Part shown: positions 1 through 12,390 of the stretch, piece by piece | Numbering within the stretch: position 1 is the stretch's first letter | Layout of the letters: each line of letters opens with the position of its first letter | DNA from: Balanoglossus misakiensis | Taxonomy: Eukaryota; Animalia; Hemichordata | Direction of reading: 5' to 3' | Length of the DNA: 64,000 nt | Assembly: GCA_040954595.2 (NCBI GenBank) | Contig: CM082577.2 | Span: 11,255,654 to 11,319,653 of the forward strand | Position numbers and translations under genes: made by a program | Notes under the pieces: generated by a model | What the model was told of the DNA's origin: nothing | Seen by the model: only the letters and a program-made list of their open reading frames with translations | Database searches by the model: none

Positions 1-156
1 CCAGACATATGTGTATGAGAATTAATTGTCAGCGAAATGCAAAATCATCATTACATGAAAAAAATACACTAAGTCTTGTATTTCAGCGATTAAGGTCAGA
101 AAAGTATTTGAAGAAATATAAATTACTGTTGGAAGCTTAGCTTTCACTATAAAATG

Positions 157-388
157 TAGACTAGCCCACTAGTCGCTTGGCGATTTTTAAATCTCAATAC
201 TTTTTGTGTTTTCGGTGGTTTTTTTGTCTTAATAAATAATTGCAATACTTTTTGCGTGCATGCTTGCCTTGAGCGTGTTTTTGGTAATGAGGTGAGTTTC
301 GAATTTGGGACTGAGCTTGTGGTTTCGGGTAGCATCGACCTACGCGTTCCCTACACATAATGAAGCCCATAGACTTGGAGCAAGTCTA
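157..388 (+). mobile_element. ~230-bp non-autonomous DNA transposon with TAGACT...AGTCTA ends and 9-bp TSD
   Basis: TATAAAATG at 148-156 and 389-397. Same element at about 13384-13615; inverted copy at 15990-17509 with a different 9-bp TSD. Confidence 0.85.
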
Positions 389-451
389 TATAAAATGCTT
401 AAATAACAAAATATTGATTACCCTCCCGTGTTACGCGAGTGTAGACTTTTA

Positions 452-608
452 GGGGCTATTACACAAATGTTGGTCGTTAACGCGTCGTATTCGAGTGATG
501 TCCGTATTTTGACGAGTTGCGAAGCAACAAGTCAGTTCGCAACTCATCAAAATACGGACATCACTCGAATACAACGCGTTATCGACCAAAATTCGAGTGA
601 TAACCCCT
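452..608. repeat. ~70-bp-arm palindrome, probably the end of a non-autonomous element (Crypton-like by resemblance only)
   Basis: gggg..tattcgagtgatgtccgtattttgacgagttgcgaa / ttcgcaactcatcaaaatacggacatcactcgaata..cccc; also at about 13678-13834. Confidence 0.65.
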
Positions 609-1774
609 TTATCATACATGCCTACCTATAAAACAGTACGATTTGCGAAAAGGCGCCAAGAAAAACAATTTCATTTCACGGCCGGAAATTTGAACCGGGC
701 GCCCTCGGATCATGGCAGTAGCCCATAGCCAAGTGAGACAGAGCGATGCGAACAGGTGATCAACGTGTAGGCCGTAGTATTATTCTAAGGGGGTTGGCAG
801 CTTTCATTACGATTGGCGCGCACATCCGCATTCTAAATAAAATTGTCTACATTCTCTTTCAAAATATCATGTTAACAATTATTTCGCATTGAGAATTCTG
901 AAGAAGTAAAAATGATACATTTAACATGACAAAACTGCCAACTTTGAAATCTTTATTACAGCTTCTAATAACCGAATTTTACCACACCCCTCTTCACTAG
1001 AGTCCTATGCCCCGTACGTCGCTCGCGCGTGCACTGAACTGTCGCGCCGATCACTGAGTCAACGCTGTGTGATGATTTCAGTGCGTTCTCAAAAATAGTT
1101 CGAGAATATCTTCCCTGCGAGAACAATAGAAAGTGCCAAATACAGGCGTTGCAACAACAAAAAAAGAGTTTTGTTTAGCGTCCTCGCGCGCGTCACTTTT
1201 AAACATGCGCGTCGAGGCTTTTTTTTCGTAATTTTCGAACCCGGAAATCAACTCAGTGTTTTCTCCAGGAGGCGCGATCGCGCGATTTCCCCTCTTTTAC
1301 ACTTGAAGCGCCCCTTGTAACAAGTTCAGGGGGCGACAATCGCCCCTTCTTGAGCAGCCCACCCGGTCGATCCCATAATGCAGTGCTCTGTCCTAACAAC
1401 AGAGAAGATGGCGGCGATTATAATCTGTGTCGGAGATCGGGAAAAGACACTAGCTTGGGTGAAAAGGAGGGACAAAACCATAATCTACTTATACGGTGCG
1501 CATGAAATATGGAAGGAAGCGTAGGCAGTCCACTATTTGAATGCATCGAACGGAAAATTTGCTGGGAAGTTACGCGCATGCGCTTGAGACGAGCTACCCG
1601 CTTTAATTTTGTTAATACTTGCATGCAAGGGGAAAATTTCAATGAGTTTTAACACAGTTTTACCATTTTATTGTAATTGGTTTTTTTCGATTATAAAATT
1701 CAATACATTTGTGCATAAAATTTTCTGCGAAATGCAAAATCATCATTACATGGAAAAATCAACTTGTATTTCAG

Positions 1775-4700
1775 CAACATCCGAGCTTATATCCTTTAGA
1801 AAGGCAGACAAAGTGGGCGCACATCAGCTGTGTAACAGTATCGGCTTTTATTTAGTGTCCATCATAAACGAATGGGATGATAAAAAGCTATTTTATCACT
1901 GTAGTCCCAATTGTGGACGGGGTATGAGATTTTTAACGTGGATAGATGCACACATCGCGGCTGACAATACAGTGAAGACAAGCAGTGGTTTGGTGTTGGA
2001 GTACACGCCATTTGCCAGTGGCCAGCAGATCGACCCCGGAAGGTGCATTGCCCTAGAGTGAGTGCAAATCAGTTGTGTTTTTCATAAACTTATAAATTAT
2101 GCCATACTCTATGTAGCTTCATTTGCATAAGGGTGGATGCAAATGCATACACAAAATATTATGATATACCATATGGATATACACAGCATACACTTTTAGT
2201 ATACTAAAGTTGTACTTTACAGAGATTGACCACGGGTGCAAATCACGTATAACCAAACTTCACCAAAGACACTTTTTTTCTCAAGTTTGATCGATACGAA
2301 AAGTTGCTAACAAATGAGAGACAATCAACATTACACAATTTTAATGGTACGCTACATTGTATTTGATTTGCTATTTTTAACTGAAACTTCAAAATGCGAG
2401 TTCCTTTATTTTGACAGATGTTCCACAGATACATTACACTGCCCATGGCTTACTGTACCTTGTGATGGGGGAGATTCGAATATTTGGTATTTTTGTGGTA
2501 AGGGCAAATTACTAGTGAAACCAAATGGTACTTCTTTTCATACGACAATGTGAAATCATTGCTAAGAACTACAGAACTGTCACAATCCATTTAAAATTTG
2601 GTGATCTAAAAAACAACGAGTTTACATCACCCTGAGTGAAAAGGCTTCTTTTAGTGCATGCATGGCTAAATTACATGTCAGTTACGGTGATGCCATTATT
2701 CGTACATTTGGAACCAAATTTCTTGAGAATCTCTCATTTACGCTAGATATTAATTTAGCAATCTATAGAAATTAACTTAAACATTACTTGCACGGTGTGA
2801 GTAGTGTCAGTACCAAGCTTCGTTATCATTATTAAAATCAATCATAATACAATCACTTTCATTAGGAAGGTTTGATTACTGAGTTACACCATCTATAATA
2901 GATATTGCAAGAGATATCAAATTGATGCGTTGGAGGTGTAATCTTTATTCAATAAAGTTTGTCAAGCGTCGTGTGGGAGGTAGATTGTAGTCATCGTGTT
3001 AAAGGTCTGTGAAATGTGATCTCCGGTGAACTTAAGTCTTGCAGTGAAGTTATCAAGAATGAAATGGACGCACAGACTCGCAGAGTTTTTCAAGCGTCAC
3101 GTGTGAGGTAGATTGTATTCATCCTGTTAAGGTGTCTGAAATGCGATCCATTGCAGTGAATCTTTCAAGATACAAATTTTTCATTATGAAATTTATTATT
3201 TATCATATAATTTCGATCGCTGTACCGCTGTCAGAATTTAACACAATCGTACTATGGTTATGAAACCTAACACTTTACGACTTAGTTTAAGCTTATTCAC
3301 ATTAGGCGTTTCTTTTGTGTGGAGAAGCATCTCCCGGGCCGTGCACGACACACCGTTAACGCAATGTATAGGTCATTTTATATGCATGGTTGTAGAATTG
3401 CTGATGGAATTATTAAAATATACACATATTTTGACAGCATACTTGAGCCTATGGGTTTTCTGATTAAATAAATGACTATTAAGCTCAATTAAAAAAAAAA
3501 TAAAGATTTTATTACACTCACGCAGTTTATATACATGTTTGTGTCATTTTCACTGTAGATAATGACGACTTTCCTTATCTGATACCACGTTTGGCCGCCA
3601 TAAATGGCACTGGAAAGCAGACGACAACTCTTGTAAGGGAACACCTATTTTGAAATTGCACAGTTGTTGTACATTGCACTATGAAACCACAAAACCTATC
3701 TTCGTCCACTAAAGGTTAGAAAGAACAGGGATAAATGCACTATCGAAACAACCATGATGTGTAACATGTCAGAGTGGGTGCAACATGGATTAATAATACG
3801 TATAATAATAATAATAATAATAATAATATCCTTTCATTCTGGTTTTTGTGCTCTTCTTCGTTTTGACCTGAATGTACCGTAACGTAGAAACAAGAAAATT
3901 CAGACATGTTGGAACTGAAAAGTAAAAACATCGATGAATTTGCTTTAATAATAATAATTTCTGAAATGAATATTTCAGTACTGTACTGTACACAATTACT
4001 ATGACATTTTTCTCTCGACAGAATCTTGCAGTGATCGACAATCTGGTCAGTTTCACCTCAGAATTTGTCAACAAAAACGCACTGTTTGAGGATAGCATTC
4101 TGCTTTCGCAAGGTTTGCCGATTAAATTTCTCTTTGTTTTCTGGAAATTCTGTAATTTCAAACTGACGGTTAACGTTTCCTTCAAACCTTTTCAGAAATA
4201 CTGAATATCATTCAAGATGTCCTTGACACAATACAGTCCCTGATAGACGTTGATCCGAGTCAAAAGTTGACTCTTAACCAATCCAACGACTTGACGAAGA
4301 AAGTAACGGAAATAGTCGACCATCTGTCAATGTTTGTACTTCGCATGGCTGAGAGTGACAATGTTACATTCGTGGTAAACACATCTTCACTCGCTCTAAA
4401 CGTGGAAAAGAATTCTGCCAAGGAATTATTTGACCTCAGCGTAATGATAGGAGATGGAAGTGGATTCCAGCTTCCTCCAATAGATGACGTGTTTCCAAAC
4501 GTGCGGCCGGACGTTGTTTGGAGCCGAATGGTTAGTATACATCGCCGTCCTTTGTTAGTCACAAAGAAGTGGTTTACCACAATGGGGGGGGGGGGGTACT
4601 TTACTTACAGTATACAGCAATTCACGGTCGACTATGGACCCTTGAAAAAAAAACCTACATATATGAATCGTAGCTCTCATTTTTCTGTGGAAAAAGCAGA

Positions 4701-7138
4701 AATAATACTCATCCAGTGTAACCTGTGCATTAATGAAAGTTGTCTTTGAGCAATGATTGGCCATCGAGGAAGCCCTATATTATTTAAAAGTTTGAAATCT
4801 TCATCATTCCCATTCGGTCGGTGAAAAACCTTCACAATAGACAGATTTCCCACCAATACTATTTTTTTCATTATTCCAAATAAATTGATTGTCATTATTT
4901 TATACAATAAGATATATATAAAGATATACAATATTTTAATTACACTTGGATAACTGGCGTCTTCTGCAGTCGTCTGTTTTCTATAAAACACACAATTGCC
5001 ATTGATGAATTTTAAGCATACACACACTCGTGGATCGCTTTATATTCTAACACAGGAGGGTAATTTTGTTTATTAATTCTTTCCTCAGACCTCACTTCCC
5101 ATTTACATCTGTTGTGAGTGAAAACATTAATATCTTAATTCCCCCTCCCCCCCCCCCCAGATATTCCGTTTTGCTGTTAATCCACATAAAATGAACACGA
5201 AGGGATACAGCTTTACCACAGATATATTGACGCTGATATTCAAAGATGAAAATGGTTTCGAAATGACAGGTAGGATGAACCAGAACTAGAAGTTAGTACA
5301 GCACAGTCATTCATGCTCGCACCAATCATCGTTGTTTGATCAACATCTCCATGTTTTCCCTGCAAAGCACCTCAAAACAAATTAGTGATTTGACTTTTTT
5401 ACGTAGTTCGAAATAACATAATATTATTGAAATTTTATAGGTTGATGCCAGTTTGCTTAAACTGTATAAGAAAGTGACTGTTGAGATAGGATTATTATGT
5501 GTATAGAATAAGCCGAGGACTTGTATCTTAATTAGAATTTTTCAGCAGAAAGATACACAGTGGTTATAGCCTTGTCATATCTCCATATGTCAATCAATGT
5601 TACCAGCTGTTAGACGAGTTAGCCTTTTCACTCTATAATGACAACGGGTTAATGTTGTCATTTCAGTGAAAGAATCCACAAAGGATATTGGTATATGGCT
5701 TGGAAATTACCAAACCCCATTCAATGAAAGTATTGTAAGAGGAAAGTACATTGAAGCTGAAGGAGTGACCCACTATGAGTTGGAAGTAACGGTAGGCTTG
5801 AGGGCTCATTAAACAGACAACTATTGTCTGCGTATACCGGTGTTTGCATTTTCACGTTTTTTATGTTTTTAGGTAATTAGGCTGTCAGGAGAATATAATT
5901 ATTTAATGATCGGTTGATTAATAAATATTACATAAAGACTGACTGATTCACATTAACATTTACTTGCAGGCACTGATTATGAGCAACGCTCTCCAGATCA
6001 CGTTGGAAGCATCAGCCCCTATCCATGAGACCACCATAGCAATTGTATCATCTGAAAGACCTGGCGATCCTATCAAGCACGGCGGTTTTCAGTTGATCAT
6101 TGAACTGGTATTCGACGGCCGTTTTGCATCCATATTTTTGCCGGAAAATAAGATAACACGAACAGGGTTTTACTACGTGACCTTTGACCTTAATGGTAAG
6201 TGGCAGAAAAGGACATGTAAATTTAACGGTCTGTTTCACTGCGACGTTCCACTTGGTCATTGTTTGTGGAAATATTTCGTTTCAAGAATATTTTATTGTC
6301 TATGGCAGAGGCATACATGTATATGTCAGTTGGCATAAGGTTGGGGGTTTCTTGTCTGCATGACAACTATATTGATAGTTATCCAACACCCATGCGCTGT
6401 ATACGTATGTTAAAACACAGGCTTCGCCCCCCCCCCCCCCCCCCCTGTGAACCTTGTGTCTATAGGGCTAATTCCAGCTGTTTGGTGTAACCATGCATAC
6501 GTTCATTTTCAATTTTACAGCTTGTGGTATTGACATCAGCGTGACAACCACGCAGCATAAGTGCAGTACTTTCACCGACAGTGGTTGGGAAAACGTTGGA
6601 TGCAAGGTATGGCATCGCTTGCTACATGTATGTCTGATTGGTTTGGAGGCCTGGTACATGTACTTGTACTTGGACGTGTCAAAATGTGTTACACGCATAT
6701 AGGGTTTAGAGAGGCAGAAACCTTCAGAAATGATGTAATTAGGTGGTCAGTTGTTTATTAATTCTGTGAAATGGTCAAATGGGCCCACTTGGTGGTTTTG
6801 AAACAAAAATGTGCACCGCCACAAACAAATCCACGTTAGTTCATGACTATTGGTACTGGTTCGAAGAAAGGTACAGAGGAGTTATACCAATTCCCTCCTC
6901 GGGTATGATAAAACCCACGACCCCGATATTCTCATTCCCAACTCCACAATCTTATATCATCAGTGACATATATTCACGAATTATATTATTTCAGTAAATG
7001 TTTAAATAACCGTTTTCTTTTCTGTGTTCCATTTGTTAGGTATCACCAAAGTCCAACTACAACTCGACTCTGTGTCTCTGCAATCACATGTCTACGTTTG
7101 CTGCATTGGTTGAAGTCGTTGATCTGGTAGAAATTTAG
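1775..7138 (+). CDS. C-type lectin + GAIN/GPS protein (PKD1-like/REJ-like ectodomain), copy 1, 5'-partial
   Basis: Ten phase-compatible GT-AG exons: 1775-2057, 2418-2497, 3559-3632, 4022-4112, 4196-4530, 5161-5269, 5667-5791, 5970-6195, 6521-6606, 7040-7138. CTL pattern AHQLCNSIGFYLVSI..WID..CIAL..WLTVPC..YFC; PKD1L-like NPH..LIFKDENGFE; GPS CSTFTDSGWENVGCKVSPKSNYNSTLCLCNHMSTFAAL; TAG at 7136-7138. Confidence 0.85.
3801..3828 (+). repeat. (AAT)n intronic microsatellite, about twice as long in copy 2 (20051-20107)
   Basis: Seen directly. Confidence 0.95.
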
Positions 7139-7939
7139 ACGCAGTCGTTACATCCTACACTTTACCCACATGTCCACAGCGGGGGATTTCACCCAAAGTA
7201 AAACTCCCAGAATATTTAACCACCAATAATTCCTGGTGTTAGATTTTAGAACTTTCATTGTAAAGCTGTTGGTGTTTTGTTTCGCAATTTAGTTAGATGG
7301 TGCATCATTTTAACAAGAAAGTTTCAGTATTGGAAAGTGCAACAAGCTTTGGAGATAGAACAGTTATACACCTTGCATTTTAACAAATTTAAAAGCAAAG
7401 CAAGTGAGAGTGGATGATATACTTAATTACCGTCATTAAATTATTTCTTAACAGCTACTTGTGATTGAACAATTGAGTGATTTAGAGGAATTTTTTTTCA
7501 ATTTTTCAAGCTGGATCAACAGCGTTAGCTCATCCCATAATTGGCAATTGCTTACACTGTATATATAATTGAAGTAATGCAACTGATAGAAGACCTGGGA
7601 TGTGGACAACAACTTTAAAGTACAATTCTGCCAGATATGTAGAATACACTTCGTGTTACATTCCTATATAGGCCATGTATTTCGCATTTTCTTATTGTAG
7701 AAGATTTTACCCAAGTTACAGTCACAGATTAGTAATTATGCAAGCTCTAAAAAATACATGCACACGCCGGTGGCAGACTCTCTATTTCTTAACTTCCGGT
7801 TTGCGCTGGCTTGGTGGAGACCTTAGAAATAGCGTAAACAAACATACGTTTTTGTTTATTATATCAATCATTAACAACAAACAAACTCTATATACACACT
7901 ACAAGGAGGAAGGGCTCCTTTGTCCAAACACTTACAGAA

Positions 7940-8185
7940 AATTGAAGGAAACACCTGTGTGAAAAATAGGGACCCTCCCTCAAATCCGCAAATCACAGGA
8001 TTGGCGTCTAAACGTCACCGACCTAAAGGTTACACCCACACTATTGCCGGGTAATCTCTGTACAGCTTTGAGGTGACGTTCCACATTCACACCAAGGCAA
8101 AAAAAAATTTCGCGACTCACCCACACTCTCCTTAAACTTTAACAGTAAGGTACGATCTTTTCTACGGAGGCTTAATGAGGCCACA
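7940..8185 (-). pseudogene. Possible LINE (L1/Tx1-like) ORF1 N-terminal fragment; second copy at about 24245-24487
   Basis: Minus-strand MASLSLRRKDRTLLLKF..LEAVQRLPGNSVGVTFRS resembles Tx1/ZCCHC3-type ORF1 starts; short and degraded. Confidence 0.4.
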
Positions 8186-8199
8186 GGAGTATTTTTTTA

Positions 8200-8430
8200 T
8201 TTCATACCTGTAATTTTTTTTCATGCCTGTAATAAAAAATTCATACCTGTAATAAAAATTTCATTCCTGTAATAAAAATTTCATGCCTGTAATAAAAATG
8301 TCATACCTGTTATAAAAATTTCACACCTGTAATTTTCTTCATGCCTGTAATAACAATTTCATACCTGTAATAAAAATTTCATTCCTGTAATAAAAATTTC
8401 ATGCCTGTAATAAAAATGTCATAACTGTAT
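8200..8430 (+). repeat. ~20-bp minisatellite (TCATRCCTGTAATAAAAATT)n, about 11 units
   Basis: Head-to-tail units with no unique spacers; counterpart at 24505-24760. Confidence 0.95.
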
Positions 8431-8499
8431 TTTTTTTAAAGTACTCCATGTAGCGAGTGTATACGGTTATACGGACTCCTGTGTACCTGAAAAGCGACA

Positions 8500-8680
8500 C
8501 ATGTATCTGACTAGTCTAGAGGGGCGCAGACAGCTAACAAATGGAAATCCATCAACGAAGGCACATCAATGAAAAGCCCCATGAATGTACAGTATGCGGA
8601 AAATGTTTCTCCCACAGTTGGACCTTAACAACACACATGAGAGTCCACACATGTACTAATGAAAACCCTTATGATTGCAA
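8500..8680 (+). pseudogene. Truncated C2H2 ZNF remnant, paralog of the genes at 32.4 and 41.7 kb
   Basis: [47 protein letters not shown]; shares the HTCTNE linker insertion with the 41.7-kb gene; cut off at 8681. Confidence 0.9.
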
Positions 8681-11600
8681 AAAGAATTTGTTGACCAGAA
8701 AATAAGCATTCCCTAGACAGAGTTCTCCAAATCCGTAGCACTGACACATATCTGGAGGCATCCCGCCAGTCAATCCGGTTCACCCCAATCACTCAAAGAT
8801 TTAACTGCAGCAAGGTGGAGTATGCATACTGATGGTGTGGTGAAACTTCAACAAATCACTTACCGCCTTGTCCCACAAACACAAATGCCAGAACCACAGA
8901 AATCTTGATAAGTTCGGCCATCTGCCGTGGCTTAAGATTATTTTCTTCCATTCGATACCCCACCTTCCAGAATTCCGGTAAGATGCTGTATCTATGTATC
9001 TTATAAATTTGACTCTGAAAAAGCTGCAAAATCGATTTTCGGTTGCTGGGATCAGGGACTGACACAAACTATTATTGCTATGGCTATATATGTATGCTTC
9101 CTAACAATTTTATTTGTCAACTATTACAACTTTAGTTTACGAGCACCCATGACAGTTAGAGAGTCTGGAGATCATGACAGTTCTCTTGGGAATCATTTTG
9201 TTGGCGATAAAGATTTCTCCGGCTGAGTATGAGAACAATTCTTATTTTCATCCCAGCCTTTCAGCTTGTGCAAAATAGAACAAAAGATTGCATTACCCTT
9301 TGATTTACAGCTGAATGAAATACATTGAGGAGATAAATAGATAATGCATATGTTTCCCCCAGACAATACAGAACGGTGTTAAGACTTCTTTACAGATGTG
9401 ACTCGCCTATGGCACTTCTACTTTTACTTTGATCGGAATTGTATACTGGATAGTTACTTTATTGACAACGGGGCAGGTATTTTATACAGTTTCAGCAATA
9501 TGATCAGATACACGAGTTCGAGTTACCCATATCTAACTCAAAAACATAAGTCCGTGGAAATCATTGGACACATCAAGGAAATGAAACTATTTAGAGGTTA
9601 TAAACAGCAAGCGAGTGTGTTTTGTTGTGGATGCAAGACCTCTCAGGTGGAAATTTGCATATTTGGAGAGAAATACTCACCGAGTGAAGCCAAGCGCACC
9701 ATTTATAACTTCATTATAATAAGTCTTGCAGTGAATTTATCAAGATACAATTTTTTCATCGTGAAGTGGATTATATATCATATAAATTCGATCTCTGTAG
9801 CGCCATCGGAATTTAACACAATTGTACTATGGTTAGGAATCGTCCATATATAGCCATAGCGATAATATTTTGTGTCAGTCGCTGATCCCAGACTCTGAGA
9901 AAGTTATTAATAAAGTAACTTTGCAGTATACAATTGCGATCAAAATAACAGCGTCAAGGACACTGTGGTCCCATTGAGGATTACACAGGAAAGGGATACA
10001 CCAGAATAAAAATTAAAGGTGACATTGCAAGCAGATATGATCTAATCATATAGAAATATGGAATGTAAAAAAAATTTAACAAGGAACATGTCCAATAAAC
10101 TGCCATGCAGTCTTACAAGTAGTGCTAGAAAAATTATTGACCAAACATTGTCTGTACAAACACATATGACAAGCAACTTCTTTCAGTCAGCCCTGGAACA
10201 GACAGACAGACACACCCACACACACACACACACACAGAAATAGCTGGTGGTCTCTGTAACAGCTGGCCTATTAAAGTTATGTAAACATGTTTAAGTTGGG
10301 GGTAAGGACTACTTGTAAACTGAAAATTTCAAAACAACTGGACAATTGGTTTAGGAGATTTGCTAACCAAAAACAAAGAAACTTACAAAAAACTTGCTAA
10401 ATTATTGAATATTTCTGATATCAGAATTGAATAAAAGTTGCAAATGTATGTGTTATGAAATTGTATCCTAAATTTCAAAGCAATCAAAGAAAAAAACAAA
10501 TTTCAAAGCAGTTTTACAGAAAATATTTTTTTATAAAGTGGCAAAAATACAAATATGCAAATATCACCAACGTTGTACAATATCTTACTTCAATCACTAA
10601 AAGGAACATGCCTGCCAAAGTTCAATGCAATGTGACATGTGGTTACAGAGAAAACAACTTTTGACAAAAATTGCAAAAATTTCCCCAATAACACAGTTAT
10701 GCAAAATATCAGAATTTTTTTAACAACATCTTACTTGGTTTACCCCTAGGAACATGCCTACCACATTGCAAAGCAACCTGGTATTATAAATATGCAAATT
10801 CTGCAGCAATTTAACAAAAACTTTGGTAACTCAGATCACCTATATTAAGCTCCATACTAAATTTCAAAGAAGTCGGCTGATCAATTCCAGAAAAGCAGAT
10901 TTTTTACCAAAAATGTGGAAAACAAAACAAAATGCATAAAAAATAGAAAATGTACACTATTAGCTCAAAACATCGAGAACTGTGTGAGGTTAATATAAGG
11001 TACATGCATACCAATTTTCAAATCAATATGACCAAGGGTTGTTGAGTTTCTGAGTTTTGACCAAATTCAAGTTTTTCCCAGCTAATTTGCATATTTTTGG
11101 CAATGACAACTTCGTTTGAACAAACTCCCATCTACAGCCCAGCATGCTTCTACACACCAGATATGGGGTTACACGCACAGCGGTTTTCAAGCTTTTGATG
11201 TGGACAGACATACAGACATACATCCATCCATACATACAGACGCAACTGATTCCATAAGGTCCAATGGTACATACCAATGGGACCTAATAAAACTAGAAGT
11301 GCTATTGGCGAGTCACATCTGCAAAGAAGTCTTAACACCGTTCTGTATAGTCTGGGGGAAATATATGCATTATTTATTTATCTCCTCAATGTATTTCATT
11401 CAGCTGTAAATCAAAGGGTAATGCAATCTTTCGTTCTCTTTCGCACGAGCCGAAAGGTTGGGATGAAAATACGAGTTGTTCTCATATTCAGCCGGAGAAG
11501 TCTTTATGCACCAACAAAACGCTTCCCAAGAGAACTGTCATGATCTCTAGAATTTCACGAGGAAACTTATTCACCAGTAAACAGAAGACTGGGTACTCAT

Positions 11601-12065
11601 AAACAAAGATTATAATAGTTGACAAATAAAATCGTTAGGAATCGTCCATATACAATGTATAGCCATAGGGCTAATAGTTTGTGTCAGTCGCTGATCCCAG
11701 TAACCGAAGATCGATTTTGCAGCTTTCTCAGAGTCAAATTTATCAGATACATAGCTACAGCATCTTACTGGAATTCTGGAAAATGGGGTATCGAAAGGAA
11801 GAAAATAATCTTAAGCCACGGCAGATGGCCGAACTTATCAAGATTTCTGTGGTTCTGGCATTTGTGTTTGTGGGACAAGGCGGTAAGTGATTTGTTGAAG
11901 TTTCACCACACCATCAGTATGCATACTCCACCTTGCTGCAGTTAAATCTTTGAGTGATTGGGCTGAACCGGATTGACTGGCGGGATGCCTCCAAATATGT
12001 GTCAGTGCTACGGATATGGAGAACTCTGTCTAGGGAATGCTTATTTTCTGGTCAACAAATTCTTT
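8681..12065. repeat. Long inverted repeat (~750-bp arms, 8681-9420 and 11294-12065) at the duplication junction
   Basis: aaagaatttgttgaccagaaaataagc at 8681 versus gcttattttctggtcaacaaattcttt ending at 12065; mirrored ORFs in the six-frame track. Confidence 0.9.
9942..11291 (+). mobile_element. Non-autonomous Helentron/HINE-like element
   Basis: Starts aaaataacagcgtcaaggacactgtggtcccattg and ends ccaatggtacataccaatgggacctaataa (subterminal IR plus hairpin); (CATA/CAGA)n tract; A/T flanks; inverse homolog at 33843-36510. Confidence 0.65.
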
Positions 12066-12390
12066 AACGGTACTATTTAACGTATTCAACGTTAGCATTA
12101 AACATATTAGTGTTGAAGGACCGAACTGTAGCCAACGCTATCAGTTAAGGAGTCATTCCTCAGCGGAAAATTCGTTCTCCAATTGCCTTTATTCTTATCA
12201 GAGCTAAACTTTCAAACATTTAATTTCAATTGTTACTCTCGACTGTTAATCTCATTCTCACAATTTGTTTCAATTTAATAAACATCACTCTAATTATTCG
12301 CAATTGTGAAACAAAAAGCTGTCGTGTATAAGAATGAAGTCTGAAGGTTCTTAGACCAAATTTCATACTGATAGAGGAATCATCTTTCAG

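Larger units (their letters stand above)
1..8430 (+). repeat. Segmental tandem duplication, copy 1 (continues left of the window)
   Basis: Position 1 aligns to 13228 and near-identity runs to about 8430/24760. The copies differ by transposon indels (14296-15904 only in copy 2; 16171-17621 absent from copy 1) and microsatellite length. Confidence 0.95.

Noticed and set aside
8200-8430. CRISPR-like array of 20-bp repeats (also 24505-24760)
   Set aside because: Units are contiguous with no unique spacers, there are no cas genes, and the context is eukaryotic; it is a minisatellite.
8801-11945. Mirrored ORFs in the inverted arms as genes
   Set aside because: Short, no recognisable domain or splice structure; explained by repeat duplication.
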